Shown here one piece after another: positions 61,490 through 64,000 of a stretch of 64,000 nt of DNA (its first letter is position 1; each line of letters opens with the position of its first letter). Under the pieces are notes generated by a model. The model had not been told where the DNA came from. It saw only the letters and a list, made by a program, of their open reading frames with translations, and made no database searches. Source of the stretch: Eledone cirrhosa (Eukaryota); contig OZ024744.1 of assembly GCA_964016885.1 (NCBI GenBank), positions 135,346,001-135,410,000 of the forward strand, read 5' to 3'. The position numbers and the translations under genes are program-made.

Positions 61490-64000
61490 TAATAAGGCTC
61501 CAGTGGCCAGTTCCCATAAAAATAGTTTGGCAGAACCTTTTGGGCCAGTGGACTCTCCGACCGGAACGGGTCGTAGTCTTGTATGTAGGTGAAGGTGGGG
61601 CAGAAGGAGCAGGTGTGTGCACAAGAGAGAAAGATTCGGGTATTTGTGGCTCGGGTGTATGAGCGTCATTGTGTGCCCTTTTTAGTCTATCCACCGAAAT
61701 TGTCTCTCTGGACCCCTTAACGTCTACAGTGAAATGTTTGTCAGTACGTGCTAACACACGGTAGGGTCCAGAGTATGGTTATGTGAGGGGTGGTCTCACA
61801 GCATCGTGCCTTACGAACACATGGGCCACGAGGCAATATCCCTCAGGACCGCAGGTTTTACAGTTTGTTTCCTCGTATCCATCTGCGGCAGATCCTGAAA
61901 ATAAGAACGCAGACGGGATACGTAGGAAAGCGGATCTTGGAAAGCAAGATCAACAGGGGCAAGCATTTGCCCTGGCAACGCTAGAGGAGCACCGTAAAGT
62001 AATTCGGCCGGGGAGAACCCCAGGTCCTCCTTTGTTGATGACCGAATTCCTAACAACACAATAGGAAGGTACTCGCTCCAACGTTGAGTCTGGATAGGCG
62101 CGAAGAGCGGCCTTTAATTGGCGGTGGAATCGTTCCACCATTCCGTTTGAAGCAGGATGATAGGCTGTGGTCCGAATCCGTTGAGCTCCAATTATCTTTG
62201 TGAGCTCAGAGAAGAGATGGGACTCGAATTGTCTACCACGGTCTGTGGTGACTGTAGTTGGTACCCCCAAAGCGGGTAATCCACCCTGATACAGTCTAAG
62301 CAGTCATATCTTGTAAGGGGATGGCTTCAGGCCATCGCGAAAAACGATCGACACAGGTCAATATGTATGAATATCCACTGCTGAATGGCCAAGGTCCAAC
62401 GAGGTCAATGTGGATGTGCTGAAACCGAGCATCAGGAGTACTGAAAGTACCAAGTGGAGTCCGGATGTGTCTATGGATTTTCAATTTCTGGGAAGCGATG
62501 CAGGAACGGCACCAAGCAGCGATGTCGCGCCTCATATTTGGCCAGAAGAATCTGGCTGTTATGAGCTTTACTGTGGCAGCAGATCCTGGGTGAGAAATGT
62601 TGTGCAAAGCCAGGAACACAATTCGACGGTGAGTTTCAGGAACAAGTGGTCGTGGTGAATCCGTAGATACATCACATAGAATCTGCCTGTTGGTGGACAA
62701 GGGCAGATATTTGAAAATGCAAGTCGCAAATTCAGCAGAAAGAGTGTCCAACGATTGGAGTGTAGGTTGGTCTGCAACTAAACGACCTAAGTCGATCTCC
62801 TGGGATGACGAGATGGAGCTGATTGGCAAACGTGACAATGCGTCTGCAGCTATGTTGTGCGAGCCGGCAATGTGTTGGATATCGTTTGTAAATTGTGAAA
62901 CGTAGTCCAGGTGCCTTGTCTCTCTGGGCGAATATCTGTCGGCTTTGGCCCTCAAAGCGAAGGTCAACGGTTTGTGGTCGGTAAAACTGTAAAATTTCTC
63001 CCCTCAAGAATATGAGAGAAATGTTTCACCGACAGATATATGGCTAATAATTCCCGCCCAAACGTGCTATAACGCGTTTCTTCTGGTTTCAGCTTCCTCG
63101 AGAAAAATGCCAAAGGTTGTTGGTTTTCAGCGTAGGACTGTTGTAAAACTGCTCCCACAGCGGTATCAGATGCATCAACACAAAGCGAAAGCTTGGCCTC
63201 TGGTACCGGGTGGGCTAGCAAAGAACTAGCGAGTGCTGTCTTGGCAGACTGGATGTCTTGAAACTGTCCTTGTGTCAAGGAAATATGCTCATTCTTCTTA
63301 CGACGATTTTTTAAAATGTCAGTAAGGGAAGATAGCAAATTAGCACAATGAGGAACGAAACGCCTATAGAAATTGATTAGGCCTAAGAAGTGACGCAACT
63401 GGTGAAGTGTAGTAGGCGGAGGTAACTCCTGTATGGTTTGAACTCGCTGAGGGAGCGGCCTAATACCTTCGGCGTCGATGAGGTGGCCTAAAAAATTTAG
63501 GGAAGTGGAACCGAAAACACACTTTGCTAGATTCACGCGAACGCGGTAATCCTGAAGTCGCCGAAATAAGAGATGCGTGTGGCGCATATGCTCTTTCGGA
63601 GAGGAACTAGCGACGAGAATATCGTCTATGTAAGCATAAACGAAGTCCAGACCACGCGTGACCTCGTCTATGAACCGCTGAAAAGTGCTAGCGGCGTTCC
63701 TGAGTCCGAAAGGCATGGTAAAAAATTCGAAGGATCCGAAAGGGGTTGTAATCGCCGTTTTCGGAATATCCTCCTTCCTGACCGGAATTTGGTGGTAGGC
63801 TCGCACTAAATCTAGCTTTGAAAAAATCTTACACCCCTGCAGTGAAGATGCAAAATCCTGGAGATGGGGAATGGGATACCTATCCGGGACGGTCATAGCA
63901 TTTAACCTCCTATAATCCCCAGTGGGTCTCCAGTCGCCGGAAGTCTTGGGCACCATGTGTAACGGTGAAGCCCAAGGACTCGTAGATGGGCGAATAATGC
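61490..64000 (-). mobile_element. Ty3/Gypsy pol (RT, RNase H, integrase), frameshifted; continues beyond the window
   Basis: [24 protein letters not shown]; RNase H DAS..ELLAI; integrase H..SHPG, IDLVGP, TDRGRQF, NGMVER; C-terminal TRSGRRVHWP; domain order RT-RH-IN. Confidence 0.95.

Overview
Eukaryotic, AT-rich, repeat-dominated window. It is most likely from an octopus, inferred from the KPYHCDICGKSFS-type C2H2 gene and the SINE families, and it has a subtelomere-like layout. Bases 1-25.7 kb are telomere-like satellite: a 16-mer (TTAAGTTAAGTTGGGG)n that flips strand at a perfect palindrome at 1798/1799, then about 23.6 kb of a related 32-mer with ~1.15 kb and ~19 kb higher-order periodicity, a short TTAGGG island and a foreign 220 bp island. 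The rest is a nest of decayed mobile elements: an L1-Tx1-type LINE inside a 74 bp minisatellite, three loci of Penelope-like elements (PLEs, C-terminal GIY-YIG, Hydra-clade-like, two of them inverted), an RTE LINE with a PHD finger inside its RT region, a second RTE fragment, tRNA-derived SINEs, Merlin, piggyBac and Tc1-mariner MITEs, and a Gypsy LTR element. There is one host C2H2 zinc-finger gene. The main hidden signals are seven minimal hammerhead ribozyme motifs of three families, including a non-coding 539 nt tandem unit that looks like a retrozyme/circRNA; a 39 nt intron-like cassette that would fuse LINE ORF1 to ORF2 in frame; and a template-switch hairpin that rewrote a zinc-finger recognition helix. 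All calls were made by eye, without database searches or folding software.
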